A stretch of DNA of 63,580 nt, filler included, from Octopus bimaculoides (GCF_001194135.2; 6 parts of 6 records of this genome joined end to end with filler, not necessarily neighbours in it), one strand, 5' to 3'; numbered from the whole stretch's first letter, positions 26,990 through 40,503 are shown. The notes: generated by a model from the sequence alone, not told the origin. A program made the numbers and translations.

Positions 26990-27203
26990 GTAACACCAAA
27001 ATCCTAATAAGTAGGAAGGTAGATAAAACACAAACCCCTTCAGGTAGATGGCCCTGCTCAGTATGCAGTAAAGGAGTAGGTAGTAACTCTATAAGATGTA
27101 CCCGGTGCAAGCTATGGACACATAAGAGGTGCAGCAATATCAAAGGCAGATTAACTACAAAGTTAGTTTTTGTATGTGGCAGATGTTCAGGTGCAATAAA
27201 CAC
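26990..27203 (+). mobile_element. RTE-like LINE fragment encoding a Cys/His PHD-like finger, cut by gap
   Basis: SGRWPCSVCSKGVGSNSIRCTRCKLWTHKRCSNIKGRLTTKLVFVCGRC; no splice context; decayed homolog at 6560-6720. Confidence 0.65.
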
Positions 27204-27303
27204 NNNNNNNNNNNNNNNNNNNNNNNNNNNNNNNNNNNNNNNNNNNNTTAATTAATTAANNNNNNNNNNNNNNNNNNNNNNNNNNNNNNNNNNNNNNNNN
27301 NNN
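27204..27303. other. Synthetic assembly linker N-TTAATTAATTAA-N; also at 37944-38043, 49191-49290, 55684-55783, 62446-62545
   Basis: Identical 100 bp construct five times; the 12-mer has stops in all six frames. Confidence 0.95.
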
Positions 27304-28074
27304 CACCACTACTGCAACCACAACCACAACCACAACTATCACCGCTATCTGCCTCTCTTGCTCTCTCTCTTGCTCTCTCTCTTGCTCTCTCTCTCTCTTG
27401 CTCTCTCTCTCTCTCTCTCTCTCTCTCTTGCTCTCTCTCTCCCTTTCTCTCAATATAATTACCTCCCCTATCTATCTCTCTCTATCTACCTTTCCTTTCA
27501 GCTAACTTCTTAACCACGTAATAAGTATTCCTTCCCCACCGGACGTTGTTAACACTTCTCTCCCTCTTTTTTCTCGTCATCTTTTCCTCTCGTTCTTCGC
27601 CTCTACATTCAGCTGACCATGCGACCAATTGGTCATACTTAGTGTATTAACATTAATCACTTTCTCTGCTTCTTCCTCTCTTCTTTCTTCACTCCTCCCT
27701 CTCTCTCCCTCTCCCTCCCTCTCATTCTACCTCTCACTCACTCCACCTTCACCTTTCTAACTAACTAATGTATAACGGGCGAACGAATAAGCAGATTATT
27801 ATATAGATATTGAACATGGAGACATTCATCCTCGAGATTTATTTCCTCTCATTTTATAATTACAGCATATCTTTATGGTTGTTACGTTCCACACGTGTTT
27901 TCACAGCACAAAGTACGATCAGTTGCACATGAAAACCGAGCATAATTCTCTGTTTATTTTTTCTGCGTCCGTCAATTTGCTCAGTTTCAAAACTGAATAA
28001 AGTTAGTTGTTTGTTAGTTAGGGTTCAGTGGGAGGTAGGGGGTGTTTTGAAACTGAAATTTGATCTGTTTGTAA

Positions 28075-30110
28075 GCATTTTCCATAGCCAGGCTATTTCG
28101 TACATAAGAGGGTTGTATCTATCTATCTTCTCACCTTTCTTCTTGACTATTCGTGGGTCAAAGGGACATGTAACGTCAACTGTACAGCATGTGTGGTGCA
28201 TTTTCCCCACCACCACTAGGTCCGGCTTGTTATGCTCTAGCACCTGGTCTGTCTGGTTTGAGAAATCCCAGAGGATATTGCTAGTCTCCCACTCCGCCAC
28301 TCTGTGGTTTGTGCTCATTACCAAGTCTTGCCTCTATCAATCACCCACTTTTCGACTAGTTTCCAATGTAGCACCTTTGCTACCTGGTCGTGATGCCACA
28401 ACTTGTGGTTTTGGGTAAGTCTAGGGCATTCGTTCGTGATATGGGCAATGGTTTCATCCACTCTGTTGCAGATGCGGCATAGCAGAGACACTTGCTCGTT
28501 TCTCAAGTTGACCCTCCAGTTCGTGGCCAAAGCTTGGTCCTGCACTGCCAGTATAGTGCTTTTGGTCTCTTTTTTTAGGGTTCCTCTCATCAGCCAATCC
28601 CACCTATTTTTTCCAGCAACTTCTGTTGTGGCTACATGGAATTGATTGTGTAGTCCCTTCTTGCGTAATTCTTTTTCACGTCCTGTTTCTTCCTTTGTTT
28701 TCCCTTTTTTCAATGCTCTCAATACTTTCTCATTCCTAACTGTCACTAGCAAGGTTTCCTTACTTTGGCCTTGGTATCTCATTAAGGTCTCAAGTTCGAT
28801 ACGCACGCAGTCTTCCACACTCATCAGTCCCCTTCCTCCATTTTCTCTCTTCATGTATAGGCGATCAGTATTTGCACGTGGATCATGGGCTCCATGCATG
28901 CATCGTTAGGAGCTTTCTTGACTTCCTGTCCATCTCCTTTAGCTCCTCCTATGTCCACTTCAGGATTCCAGCGCCATATCGAACTACTGCGGCTGCGCGC
29001 GAGTTTATTGCCGAAATTATCTTTTTGGTATTCAGCTTTGAAGCCAATATTTTTCTCACTCGTCGCAGGTACTCTCTTTTTTACCTTTTCCTTCATGTCG
29101 TGGTGTCTGAGTCCATCTGCCTCAAGTATTCCCAGGTATTTATAGCTGGATTGAGGTTGAATTGCCTTCATCATTTCACCACTTGTCAACCACATGCCTT
29201 CTGTCTTGGCAAGCTTTCTTCGTCTCATCACCATCATAGCACATTTTAAGAGTCCAAACTTCATCTTAATATCATTGGAGAAAATATGCACAGACTGGAC
29301 TAAGCTGTCCAGTTCTGCCTCAGTTTTTCTTTTAATAGCTTCAGGCCGTCCATGAATTGCAAGTGGTTTAGATTTCTCATTGTTTTTCCCACATCAAGCC
29401 CCAACTTTGTTTTCTGTAGCATTTCACATAAGGGGATCATTCCCAGCGCGAATATCAGTAGGGACACACTGTCCCTTTCGAAGATTCCTCTCTTGGTTTT
29501 TCACCTCTACTAGTACTTGCTTCCCTGCTGTCAATTCCGTTCTTCAATATTTCATGCTGTTCCCTATAAGGCTTCTCATATTCTCTGCTACTTCATACAT
29601 TTCCATTGTTCTTGTTAACCAGGTGTGTGGTATTATAACGTATGCTTTGCGATAGTCAACTCATGTCATGCCCAGGTTTGTATGTCATTTCTTACAGTTC
29701 CTGATTATTACATTATCAATTAAGAGCTGATCCTTCGTTCCCTGGCTCTTTTTTCGGCACCATTTCTGTTCAATGAGTAGCAGCTCACTTTTTTCCCAAG
29801 TATTTATACAGTTCACCGGCCAAAGCACCTGACATTAATTTCCACATTAGCGGAAGGTATGTTATTGGTCTAATGTTTGATGCAGCATTTCCCTTTTCAG
29901 GATCCTTGGCGCATAACAATGTCTTACCCTTTGTTATCCAGCTGGGTACAGCGCCTTCCTGCAAGCACTCATCTAGCTGTTGTGCTATCCTTTCACGAAG
30001 CCCTCTCAACTTCTTCATCCAATACCCTTGGCCCCCATCCGGTCCTGGGCTCATGCAATTTGGGAATTTTCTTAACTGGATGTACATTTACATATTTGAC
30101 ATAATTCCCT
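28075..30110 (-). mobile_element. Decayed R4/Dong-like non-LTR retrotransposon (RT, CCHC knuckle, restriction-like endonuclease)
   Basis: SPGPDGGQGYWMKK...NIRPITYLPLMWK (RT N-part), DRLYMKRENGGRGL, CRICNRVDETIAHITNEC, NKPDLVVV..TVDVTCPFD; many stops and frameshifts. Confidence 0.88.
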
Positions 30111-30529
30111 AAGCTCCTAACGCCATCCCACCCTACTATTATCATAGAGAATAGAGATTGTCTTGTTTTTAGTCCCCAGATTCTGGCTCTTTTTATTGCC
30201 AGACCTTATATTCAGAGACTTTCTTCAATTCTTTCAGAGATTTATAAAGTTAGAAACAATACATCTGTTATAATACACTTGTTCTCCTTAATCTTCCAAA
30301 ATAAGTATTGGATTAGCTTTACTTTCCTTGTCTATATGATTTGGCATCTACCCGAGAATAGTTAGTTTGTATTTGCTTGAGATCATTTTTCATATGCTTT
30401 ACGATTTCTTTCCTGGAGGTATTTCATAAATCTGATACAATTTGCTTGTGGAGGTACCTGTTTCTCCACAGAAATAGGGTAGGTGATTCTCTTCATCTCC
30501 TTCTCTCTGACAAACATGGCCCTTCCAGA

Positions 30530-32500
30530 ATAGGCATTATAAATGCACGCGACCTGGGTTCAACTTGGAAACAGGGCCCCCTGCTCAGTGATCTCAGGTC
30601 AAAAAGTTTAGATGTAATGGCTATCAGTAACACGAGACTCTTCACTCGACAAGTTTTCTTCATGCCCTTTTTTTGGTGCATATGAGATTTACTTACTTAT
30701 CTCCATGTCAACTGGAAATCGGGGGTGGTGTGGAACTACGACGTTGTTTCTGAAAGGTGTAGATCTCAAGATAATACAAATCTTCCTGGATCCAACGGGA
30801 TAAGTTGGTGACCCTGAATGTGAACTGCGCGGGGTTGCTTTCCAATTCATAGCTGTTTATGCTCCAACAGGGGCAGAACAGCCGGATTTCTTTAGACACC
30901 TAGCAGTTTTCTTGGAAACGTCTCGACCATTAGTGTTAATGGGTGACTTGAACGCCATCTTAGATGCACATTTAGATTATGTGAGGCAAGCTGTTAGAAG
31001 AGGGGACGGTGAAAAGTTTGATAAACTTGCTCAGACATTTTCATCTGTCTGACGGGTACCGATTGATTTTCCCCAATGTGATAGTGAAAGCGTGGATAAA
31101 CCGCATCAGGTCATCTAGGTCATATCTAGACAAGGTATTCTGTAGGCTAGTAGATAAGGATGGCATATGATGTCCACCTTTCAAAATCTACGGAGACTAC
31201 AAATTTGTGATCTGCGCAGTCGACTTAGATAGACTTTATAGGCAGGGACCTGGTTACTGGACGCTGAACCCGTCACTCCCGGTGTACCAAAATTACAGAG
31301 ACCGGATGAGAGAATTGAGTTAAGCAGGCGTTGATGGGGGCAATTATCAATAATAAATGGTGGTTTGCCCTGAAAAGGGCAATTAGGGTAGAATCTATTA
31401 GGTTTAGTAAGGCATTAGCGAAAGACAGAAAAAGAATAGAGGAGAACGTATTCAGATTCGTAGAAGAGACGCGTAGGAAAGGCATCGCAACTGACTAGCT
31501 GACGGTGAGATTAGCTCTGGACCAATTCTTCATCACTAAGCACAAAGGATACATTGTCAGAAATAAGGAGCGAGCTCTAAGAAGCTAGGGAACGAGAACC
31601 TCTCAAAGGCGTGTGTCTCAGGGGCGTAACATGACAAGAAATCCACAATTTGGTCACATGAAACTCAAACCCAAGCAGATGTGTGCGGCATTTCAGAAGC
31701 ACTTTGATCAAATGTTTGGTACAAATAGCAGACTGGAACGCAGGATGGACGTCACCCTCCACCTGATGCGAAACATCATAGAGTGGATAAAGAAGTTGGT
31801 ATTGGTGGTGGGAGGGGCGATCAATTTGGACCACTCAAAAGCCAATACTTGGAAGCCATTCTCATAATAGTCGGTTTTGGTCCCGTTTTCCGTGGCTGTG
31901 TTGCCACAATGTACAGCGACATCTACTCGAAAGTTTCAGTGGATGGTTACCTATTGAGACCGTTCAGCATAATGCGTTCGGTCCGTCAAGAGTGCCCCCT
32001 CTCGTCTGTTATGTATGTACTGGTTCTAGAGCCACTACTTCGGAAATTGGTGGCGTTGAGAGGCATCGTGACCGAACTAGGACGTGAGAGAACTGTGTCG
32101 GCATATGCAAACGACATAACCATCATAGAGTTGGACACAAGGTACATAAATCTGATCGGTACAGCTCTGAAAGAATGCGAATCTCTCACAGGAGCAAAAC
32201 TTAAACAAGAAAAGTCAGTTGGCCTGCAGCTTGGCACCTAGAGAGGCAGCTTCATGCGTCCAATAACGTCATAGGACGCTGGACAGAGGTACTGGATAGA
32301 TTTCTTATGATGTGATTTGGTCCGGATCTCCAGGTGGAAAATAACTGGAGTGAGGTGACGAGCAGGGTAGTCAATCTTGTCCAGAAATTGACCGGGAGAA
32401 ACCTATCTCTAGAAGGTCGGACAGAGGTGGCGAATGCATACATCCCTTCCTTCATATATTATCAATTGACCGTCGTGCTTTGCCCCAATTCTGTAATCAC
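30530..32500 (+). mobile_element. Decayed L1/Tx1-like LINE (APE endonuclease plus RT)
   Basis: INARDL..LDVMAISNT, LVLMGDLNAILD, GPGYWTLN, SVRQECPLSSVMYVLVLEPLLRKL, AYANDIT; disrupted. Confidence 0.85.
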
Positions 32501-32639
32501 TGTAATCACTCGTCTTTGTCTGTTTGTCGGTATGTTTGCAAAATTACTGGAAAACGGCTAAACAGATTTCCACCACATTTGGCAGAAATACTCATTGGGT
32601 GAGTGGCTCGAAATGATGAACATTTGCATTGATTATCTT

Positions 32640-32833
32640 TAAAAGAATTTTTTTTAAAAATCGGACTTACAGATTTCCCGATAAGCAAGTGATCATATTA
32701 TTTTCTTGGCTTTCTTTTTCAAACGAATCGACCCTCGTCTGTATGTGTATAGAACATGCTGTACATATGTGCGTAGGCACGTGTGGGCACATACATACAT
32801 ACATACATACATAGGCTTGTGAATTTGTGTGTG

Positions 32834-32884
<51 letters not shown>

Positions 32885-33270
32885 AATGATGGATTCGAGG
32901 GTTTCATTTATTTACGACTTGATTTCTTAATTTTACTGGAGTATACACACCTATGATGGTGATACTTAACGAAAAACTAAAAAAATTGTGAAATCGAACT
33001 TAAAAATTTCCCGAAAAGCAAGCGGTCGTATTATTTTGTTCACTTTCTTTTTCATATGAATCGACTCTCGTCTGCGTGTATGTAGATAATGGTGTACCTA
33101 TGTGCGTAGACATGTGAGGGTACATACATACACACATAAATACATAGATATGTGATTCTCCGTATGTGTACGCGCGTGTGTGTTTACAGTGATGGATTCG
33201 AGGGTTTCGTTTGTTTCTTAACTTCACCGGAGTATTAATATCTATAATGGAGTATGAATACCTATAAAAA
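32640..33270. repeat. Two diverged tandem copies of an about 350 bp unit
   Basis: atttcccga..aagcaag...gaatcgac.ctcgtctg...gatggattcgagggtttc occurs at about 32670-32905 and 33008-33210. Confidence 0.8.
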
Positions 33271-33408
33271 AGTTAATTCAGTTGAATGAAAAAGCATGGG
33301 TAAGCAACGCATTGTAATCCACACTACTATAATTTACGAAAAAATTATCTACGCTCAGGATATGCATCACCCCTCCGATGCCGTTTTTTTTCATTATTAT
33401 TATTATTT

Positions 33409-33621
33409 AAGGCGGTGAGCTGGCAGAATCCTTAGCGTGCTGGCTGAAATGCTTAGCAGTATTTCGTCCTTCGTTACGTTCTGAGTTCAAATTCCACCGA
33501 GGTTGACTTTGCCTTTCATCCTTTCGGGGTCGATAAATCAAGTACCAGTTGAGTACTGGGGTCGATGTAATCGACTATCCTCCTCCCTAAAATTTCAGGT
33601 CTTGCGCCAATAGTAGAAAGG

Positions 33622-33684
<63 letters not shown>

Positions 33685-34777
33685 GTTATTATTATTATTA
33701 AGGCGACAAGCTGGCAGGATCGTTAGCACTCTGGTCAAAAGGCTTAGCGGTATTTCACCTGTCTTTACAATCTGAGTTCAAATTCCTCCAAGGTCGATTT
33801 TGCCTTTCAGCCTTTCGGGGTCGATAAATTAATTACCAGTTGAATACTGGGGTTGATGTTATCGCATAGTCCTCTCCCCAAAATGTGAGGCCTTGTGCTT
33901 CCAGTAAAAAGGATCATTATTATTAAGGTGGCGAGATAGCAAAATCGTTAGCACGCCTGGAAACAGCAGCTTTTTATCCGTCTTTACGTTCTAAGTTCAA
34001 TTCCGCCGATGTCAAACTTTACCCTTCATCTTCCCTGGGTCGACAACATAAGTACCAGTTGAGCGCTGGTTTTGATGCAATCGATTAGTTCCTTCCCCTA
34101 AAAATATCAGTCTTTGTACCTTCAGTAAAACATGTTTCAGGCGACGAGCGGGCAGAATCGTTAACACGACATTTCGTCCGTCCTTACGTTCTGAGTTCAA
34201 AAATGAGTGATCTGGTAGAATAGTTAGTCCGCTGGATAAAATGCTTCACAGCAGTTCTTCTGGCTTAACGTTCGTAGTTCAAATTCCGCGGAGGTCGACT
34301 GTGCCTTTTCTTCTTTTGTACTCGATAAAATTAGTATCCATTGAGCCCTGGATCGGAGTAACCGAGTAGCTCCCTCCACCAAAATTCCAGGCCTCGTGCC
34401 TTTAGGAGATGTTAACTTTGTCTCTCATCTTTTCAGAGACGATAAAAAAGTACTTGTCAAGTATTGTGATCAATGTGGTCGACATCCTCCTCGCCTTAAA
34501 ATTGCTGGCCTTGTGCCAAAATTAGAAACAATTATTAATATTATTATGAAAGCTACAAAGGCGGTGAGCTGGCAGAATCGTTAGCACCCTGGGCAAAATG
34601 CTTAGCAACATTTCGTCCGTCTTTACGTTCTGAATTCAAATTCCGCCAAGGTCGACTTTGCCTTTCATCCTTTTAGGGTCGATAAAATAAGTACCAGGTA
34701 AGTACTCGGACCGATGTAATCAACTAGTCCCCAACCCAAAAGTTTCAGGCCTTATACCTATAGTAGAAGGGATTATT
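33409..34777 (+). mobile_element. Head-to-tail cluster of about 7 full or partial SINE A copies
   Basis: Starts aaggcg(g/a)..gagctggcagaatc at about 33409, 33700, 33925, 34139, 34205, 34558, plus a 3' fragment near 34425; separated by (ATT)n. Confidence 0.9.
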
Positions 34778-34906
34778 GTGAAATCTACAAGATGTTAAAA
34801 TAAATTAATGTATTAAATAACTTGCTAAACTTCAATACTCAGCACATACATGCTGAGTCCATAAAACTTTTATCATAACTGTGAACTTAAATATATCTTC
34901 CTACAG

Positions 34907-35109
34907 GGTATCGTTATTCCTGGTTTTACCATGATATTGGAGATGTTTCCTGCTGACAAACGGACACTTGTTGCATGCTCACTGGGGGTTTGGTGGAGTT
35001 TATGTGTTATGGCCGTAGCGTTGATTGCTTATGTCATGAGACATTTAGAATGGAGATGGTTGTGTGCCGTTTTTGGGATTCCAGCGGTCGTATGTCTATT
35101 TGATTTTTG
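34907..35109 (+). CDS. Isolated internal exon of an SLC22-family (organic cation/anion, MFS) transporter
   Basis: cctacag|GGT...TG|gtaagg; GIVIPGFTMILEMFPADKRTLVACSLGVWWSLCVMAVALIAYVMRHLEWRWLCAVFGIPAVVCLFDF(W); E..P..R, AY..R.WRW and the phase-2 split Trp are typical of SLC22 before PESPRWL. Confidence 0.85.
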
Positions 35110-35822
35110 GTAAGGAATTTCTTGTGATTTTTTCAAACTACTTCTTCGTTTTACATTTTCTCTTTGTCTTTTATTTATTTCTTTTGCATTTTCTTTCCTG
35201 GTGAAAACTCTAATATTAAATGTGACGAAATGACGAAAGATATGTTTTTTTTTGTGCTTTTTTTGAATATATGCTAATTAAATATCATACTAAGACTGTA
35301 GCTTTAGTTTCGAGAGTGGGCCTTGAAGCTCTTTGGGCACTCAAAACGTTTCGGGTTTGCTAAGGAAGAGCGTTTGCAATGAATGAAGAGTTTCCTGGAG
35401 CGGGACGAGCTAAGATTTAGAACTATCTGTTAAAATCTTCCGTGTGTGGAATTCATGATCTGAAGAAATTAATAATAATCTGCAGCGGGACCAATTTGAT
35501 CTGCAATTCTCCTATATACCAATTTACAAGAGTTACTTGTTAATACTAACTGAATTCACTTGAGCATGATGCAATATATCACTGACCGATCTTAGCTAAT
35601 GAGAATCCATTCCACAGATGGTTTATTAGCACTAATTATTCAGCTAGGTAATGTCTTAGATGCGGTACGAAACTGTGTAACAATAGAATCGATAATAAAC
35701 CGTTCCTTAAAAGAGAAAGAAAGAAAGAAAGCAAGAAAGAAAGAAAGAAAGAAAGAAAAAAAGAAAGAGAGAAAGAAAAAGCAGGCAGAGGAGAAATTTA
35801 GTTCCTTAGTTTGAATTAGCCA

Positions 35823-35987
35823 TACGCGCAGGAATGGCTATGTGGTAAGAAGCTTGCTTACCAACCACATGGTTCCGGGTTCAGCCCCATTGCGTGGCAC
35901 ATTGAGCGAGTGTCTTCTACTATAGCCTCGGGCCGACAAAAGCCTTGTGAGTGGATTTGGTAGACGGAAACTGAAAGAAGCCCGTCG

Positions 35988-36028
<41 letters not shown>

Positions 36029-36245
36029 ATGTTTGTTATTTGTGTCTGTGTTTGTCACCCCACCATCGCTTGACAACTGATGTTGGTGTGTTTGCGTCCC
36101 CGTAACTTAGCGGTTCGGCAAAAGAACCGATAGAATAAGTACTAGGCTTACAAAACAATAAGTCCTGGGGTCGATTTGTTCGACTAGAGGTGGTGCTGCA
36201 GCATGGCCGCAGTCAAATGTCTGAAACAAGTAAATGAATTAAAGA
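35823..36245 (+). mobile_element. SINE family B, full length
   Basis: gcgcaggaatggctatgtggtaagaagcttgc...ggttcagcccc head; 3' gcatggccgcagtcaaatgtctgaaacaagtaaa. Confidence 0.9.
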
Positions 36246-36904
36246 ATAATGGCTAATACGTCGTTGAAGCATCGCTTGGTTTTTAAAAATTAAGGAATTT
36301 TTTCGGCAAGTAGATTTTCAGACGAAATAACTTCTGGCTGCAGCAGACGTAGAACATCTCTGAAACTCTGCTCAGCGATTTTAGTGGTTATTTCAATACC
36401 CGGGATTTTTCAGTGAAAGAATAATTTGCAGTACCGTGTCCCGATAGAGTATGTGAGAATTCTGTCCATTGTTTAAATTTTAATTCTACTATTCCGCAAT
36501 TTCAAAACATATTGTTCACAAAACGTGTATTTCTCTTTATCCATCGATCTGAATGAGTATTTATGTTCATTGTAGCTGATATTGAAATCATTCGTGGTGG
36601 GTTCCGTTGAATTCCCTTAATACTGTCTGTGAGTGTCATGCACGCACTGCATACCACTGCCTTGGAGAGAGATAAATTCCTTTGAATCGGAAGTTTAGAA
36701 TTTTCTGCAGCTATAAGCTGGCTATTTATGGATGCTTCAGGAAAGGATGCTCTCCGAACAAACTTAAATCATTTTATTTTATTGGCTTTGAAAAGTTTAT
36801 ATTTATGTGTGGCTGGAAATTAATTTTTGATAATCATTGAAGATTTCTCTTTATGTAAGTAGCTTCATACATGTTGTAGAGTGGGTGGAAGGTTGGACCG
36901 CCAA

Positions 36905-37916
36905 ACAGGCCTCTGTAGCAGCGATCACTTTCGAATTGGAGTGAAATTTTGTTCCCTTGAGTTGATTTTACAGTTGTGGAAAGAGGGGGCCAAATCAGGA
37001 TAGTAAGGTGGGTATACTACCAATTTGAAGCTAAAATCGCCTATTTTCCGTGGAGCTTCATGTGCTGTTTGTGCTGGTGCATTGTCCTGCAAAAAGCAGA
37101 TTACCACAGCCCAGACTTCCATGGCGTTTCTGCTCCAAGCTTCACGCAGTTCGTCCAACAGAGACATATAGAATTCTGCGTTAATAGTGTAAGCCTTTGG
37201 CAAGTATTTTATGAGGAGTACTCCGTCTTTGTCCCAAAACACTGAAGCCAGAATCTTTCTAGCTGGCTTCTGTGTCCGAAACTTCTTAGAATGCAGTGAA
37301 CCGCTGTGGCGCCACTCTATTCATTGCTACTTGGTCTGGGGATTATAATAATGAAAGCATGTTTCATGAATGGTAACTAAACGAGCCATGGTGTTTCATC
37401 CATGGTGTAAACCGTTCCAAAATAGCCTTTCATGTTGTCACGCGGATGCGCTTCTGATCTGCGTTCAGGCATTTCGGTACCCATTTTCCCTTTTCATGAC
37501 CAGAGTATTGTAGATAATGTGGCCAACTCTCTCGCGAGAAATCTCCAGAGTCTCAGCTATGACTTTAGCTGAAATCCGGCGGTCTTCAAGAATCGTGAGG
37601 TGAACAGCCTCGGGCTTTGTTCTCTGTAGTCACGGAAGTTGGTCGTCCTGACTTGAAAATGGCCAGTTCGAAACCTCGACACCCAGGTTTTCACTATGGA
37701 TTAAGATGGACAGCCATCATTTAAGACTTCCTTCGTCTCGTTATCCACTGTAGGAGGTTCCATTATGCGTTAAATCTTAAAAAAAACCAAAGATATATTG
37801 TATGCCAACATGATTTTTTGCATGTCCTCTGAATAGTTACCCTGCCATCTCTGTAAAAGTAACAGCTCTATCCTTTCACGATACTCTGAAGGCCAGGAAC
37901 TTTTCAGCACCCCTCG
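36905..37916 (-). mobile_element. Decayed mariner element, 3' TIR missing
   Basis: 5' TIR ta|cgaggggtgctgaaaagttc at 37916; MFWDKDGV, FLQDNAP, YYPDLAPS motifs. Confidence 0.85.
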
Positions 37917-38043
37917 TATATACATGTATATATATATATATATNNNNNNNNNNNNNNNNNNNNNNNNNNNNNNNNNNNNNNNNNNNNTTAATTAATTAAN
38001 NNNNNNNNNNNNNNNNNNNNNNNNNNNNNNNNNNNNNNNNNNN

Positions 38044-38088
<45 letters not shown>

Positions 38089-38267
38089 CATATATGTGTG
38101 TGTGTATATATATATATGTGTGTGTATGTGCGTGTGTATATATGTGTGTGTGTTTAATGAGAGACACGCACACACATTAATATCTCATACAGCGATACTT
38201 TTATGAATGAATATATATACACACATACAGGCCTATGATTGTATGTGCACACATGAATGTATATCTG

Positions 38268-38298
<31 letters not shown>

Positions 38299-38821
38299 AA
38301 GACATATCTATATGTATATATATTTATATATGTGTGCGTGTGAAAGCATGCGTTTCACATACATACATGTATGTATGTAATTTATGTATGTATGCGTAGA
38401 TGTATTCTTGAAATAAAAGTTTACCTGTATTTATACATGTGTGTGTTTGTGTATGACTGCTTTTTGGTGTACGCGTGTGTAGATGTGTATGTATGTGTGT
38501 AAGTGTGTATGTGTGTAAGTGTGTATGTGTATCCGTTTGTGTGTATGTGTGCGTGCGTGCACGTGTGTGTTTATGTGTATGCGCGCGCGGATGTATTATA
38601 TTTGTTTTACAATTCCACAACCTCCTAAATCGATGCAGGGAAGGGACATTTAATAGGTACTGGAGTTGCTAGAAACAACAGCCACATTTCTTTGGAAACG
38701 CCATTCTCTTATTTGTTAAAAAAAGTGAAGGGCATATTTGCTGACAGTATTCTAAATTACACGATCCCTGCACATTTGTTGAAACATCAATCGCTGGAAT
38801 CGGGAATTAAAAAGCACCACC

Positions 38822-38853
<32 letters not shown>

Positions 38854-40503
38854 CAACCTGAGTAACAGCAGTACCAACAACAATAACAAACGCATACACA
38901 CACACACGTGTGTGTGTGTGTGTGTNNNNNNNNNNNNNNNNNNNNNNNNNNNNNNNNNNNNNNNNNNNNNNNNNNNNNNNNNNNNNNNNNNNNNNNNNNN
39001 NNNNNNNNNNNNNNNNNNNNNNNNNNNNNNNNNNNNNNNNNNNNNNNNNNNNNNNNNNNNNNNNNNNNNNNNNNNNNNNNNNNNNNNNNNNNNNNNNNNN
39101 NNNNNNNNNNNNNNNNNNNNNNNNNNNNNNNNNNNNNNNNNNNNNNNNNNNNNNNNNNNNNNNNNNNNNNNNNNNNNNNNNNNNNNNNNNNNNNNNNNNN
39201 NNNNNNNNNNNNNNNNNNNNNNNNNNNNNNNNNNNNNNNNNNNNNNNNNNNNNNNNNNNNNNNNNNNNNNNNNNNNNNNNNNNNNNNNNNNNNNNNNNNN
39301 NNNNNNNNNNNNNNNNNNNNNNNNNNNNNNNNNNNNNNNNNNNNNNNNNNNNNNNNNNNNNNNNNNNNNNNNNNNNNNNNNNNNNNNNNNNNNNNNNNNN
39401 NNNNNNNNNNNNNNNNNNNNNNNNNNNNNNNNNNNNNNNNNNNNNNNNNNNNNNNNNNNNNNNNNNNNNNNNNNNNNNNNNNNNNNNNNNNNNNNNNNNN
39501 NNNNNNNNNNNNNNNNNNNNNNNNNNNNNNNNNNNNNNNNNNNNNNNNNNNNNNNNNNNNNNNNNNNNNNATATACATGCCTACACATATCTATACTTAT
39601 ACCTTCACACGCATACACATATCTGTATCTCTATATGTACTTTAATTCTTCCGATTAAATTGTATTATTATAATTTAAAGACAGTACTTTGTATATCATT
39701 GTTCATAATAATATACATCCGTGATTATATATATATATATATACATTCATACACGTATACACACACACACACACATGTATACACAAACACACATACACAC
39801 ATATATGTACGAATTAGTTTGCGTGTACATATATTATGTCACAAATGTATAAATGTATTCTCCAGTTTTATGTGTGTGCTTGAGTGTGTTTGGTTCTCTG
39901 CGTGCGTGTGTATGTGTAGAAATATAAGGTACTAAAGAACGCGTTTAGCAAACACTGTAAACAGTAAGTACTGTCGTTATTCTATTAGTTTTGTGTCTGT
40001 AAACAAAAGTACTTAGTACTGCGACTAATTTGTACGTGAGTTTAACCCCCTCATCAGCGAACGGTATTCATTCATATTCATAAAGGTGAACAGCTCGTAG
40101 TAGTTATTCCTAGTATACAGCAGCCTGAACAGAAGTAAGTCGGTTTGCCTGATTTGCATAATAGTGCATGCATATATACATACATACATACATACAATTA
40201 TATATATAGTAATAATAGCAATAATCCTTTGATGGAACTTATATACATTTAATGCATTGTTACACGCGTGCCCGGTATTTGCATATTCAAAACATTCCCT
40301 GTAACCAAATAATAATAATAATAATAATATATATATATATATATATATATGCTGCTGATCGAGGTGAGAGGGATAACTTCCCTTGGCAAACAGGACACAG
40401 TCGTGTGTCGATAAGCCAGCTGGAGGAGATGTCCTCCTGGGGCTAAAAGCAACAGTAACATCCACCCCTAGGGGTCAGCCACACTTAAGTGGCAATATAC
40501 TAC

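Noticed and set aside
27248-27259. Recurrent TTAATTAATTAA palindrome (five times)
   Set aside because: Always centred in a 100 bp N block; a synthetic six-frame-stop linker, not biology.
27770-27815. Helitron-like 5' end (tctatataata on minus)
   Set aside because: No matching 3' hairpin-CTRR end identified; the motif is too AT-rich to be informative.
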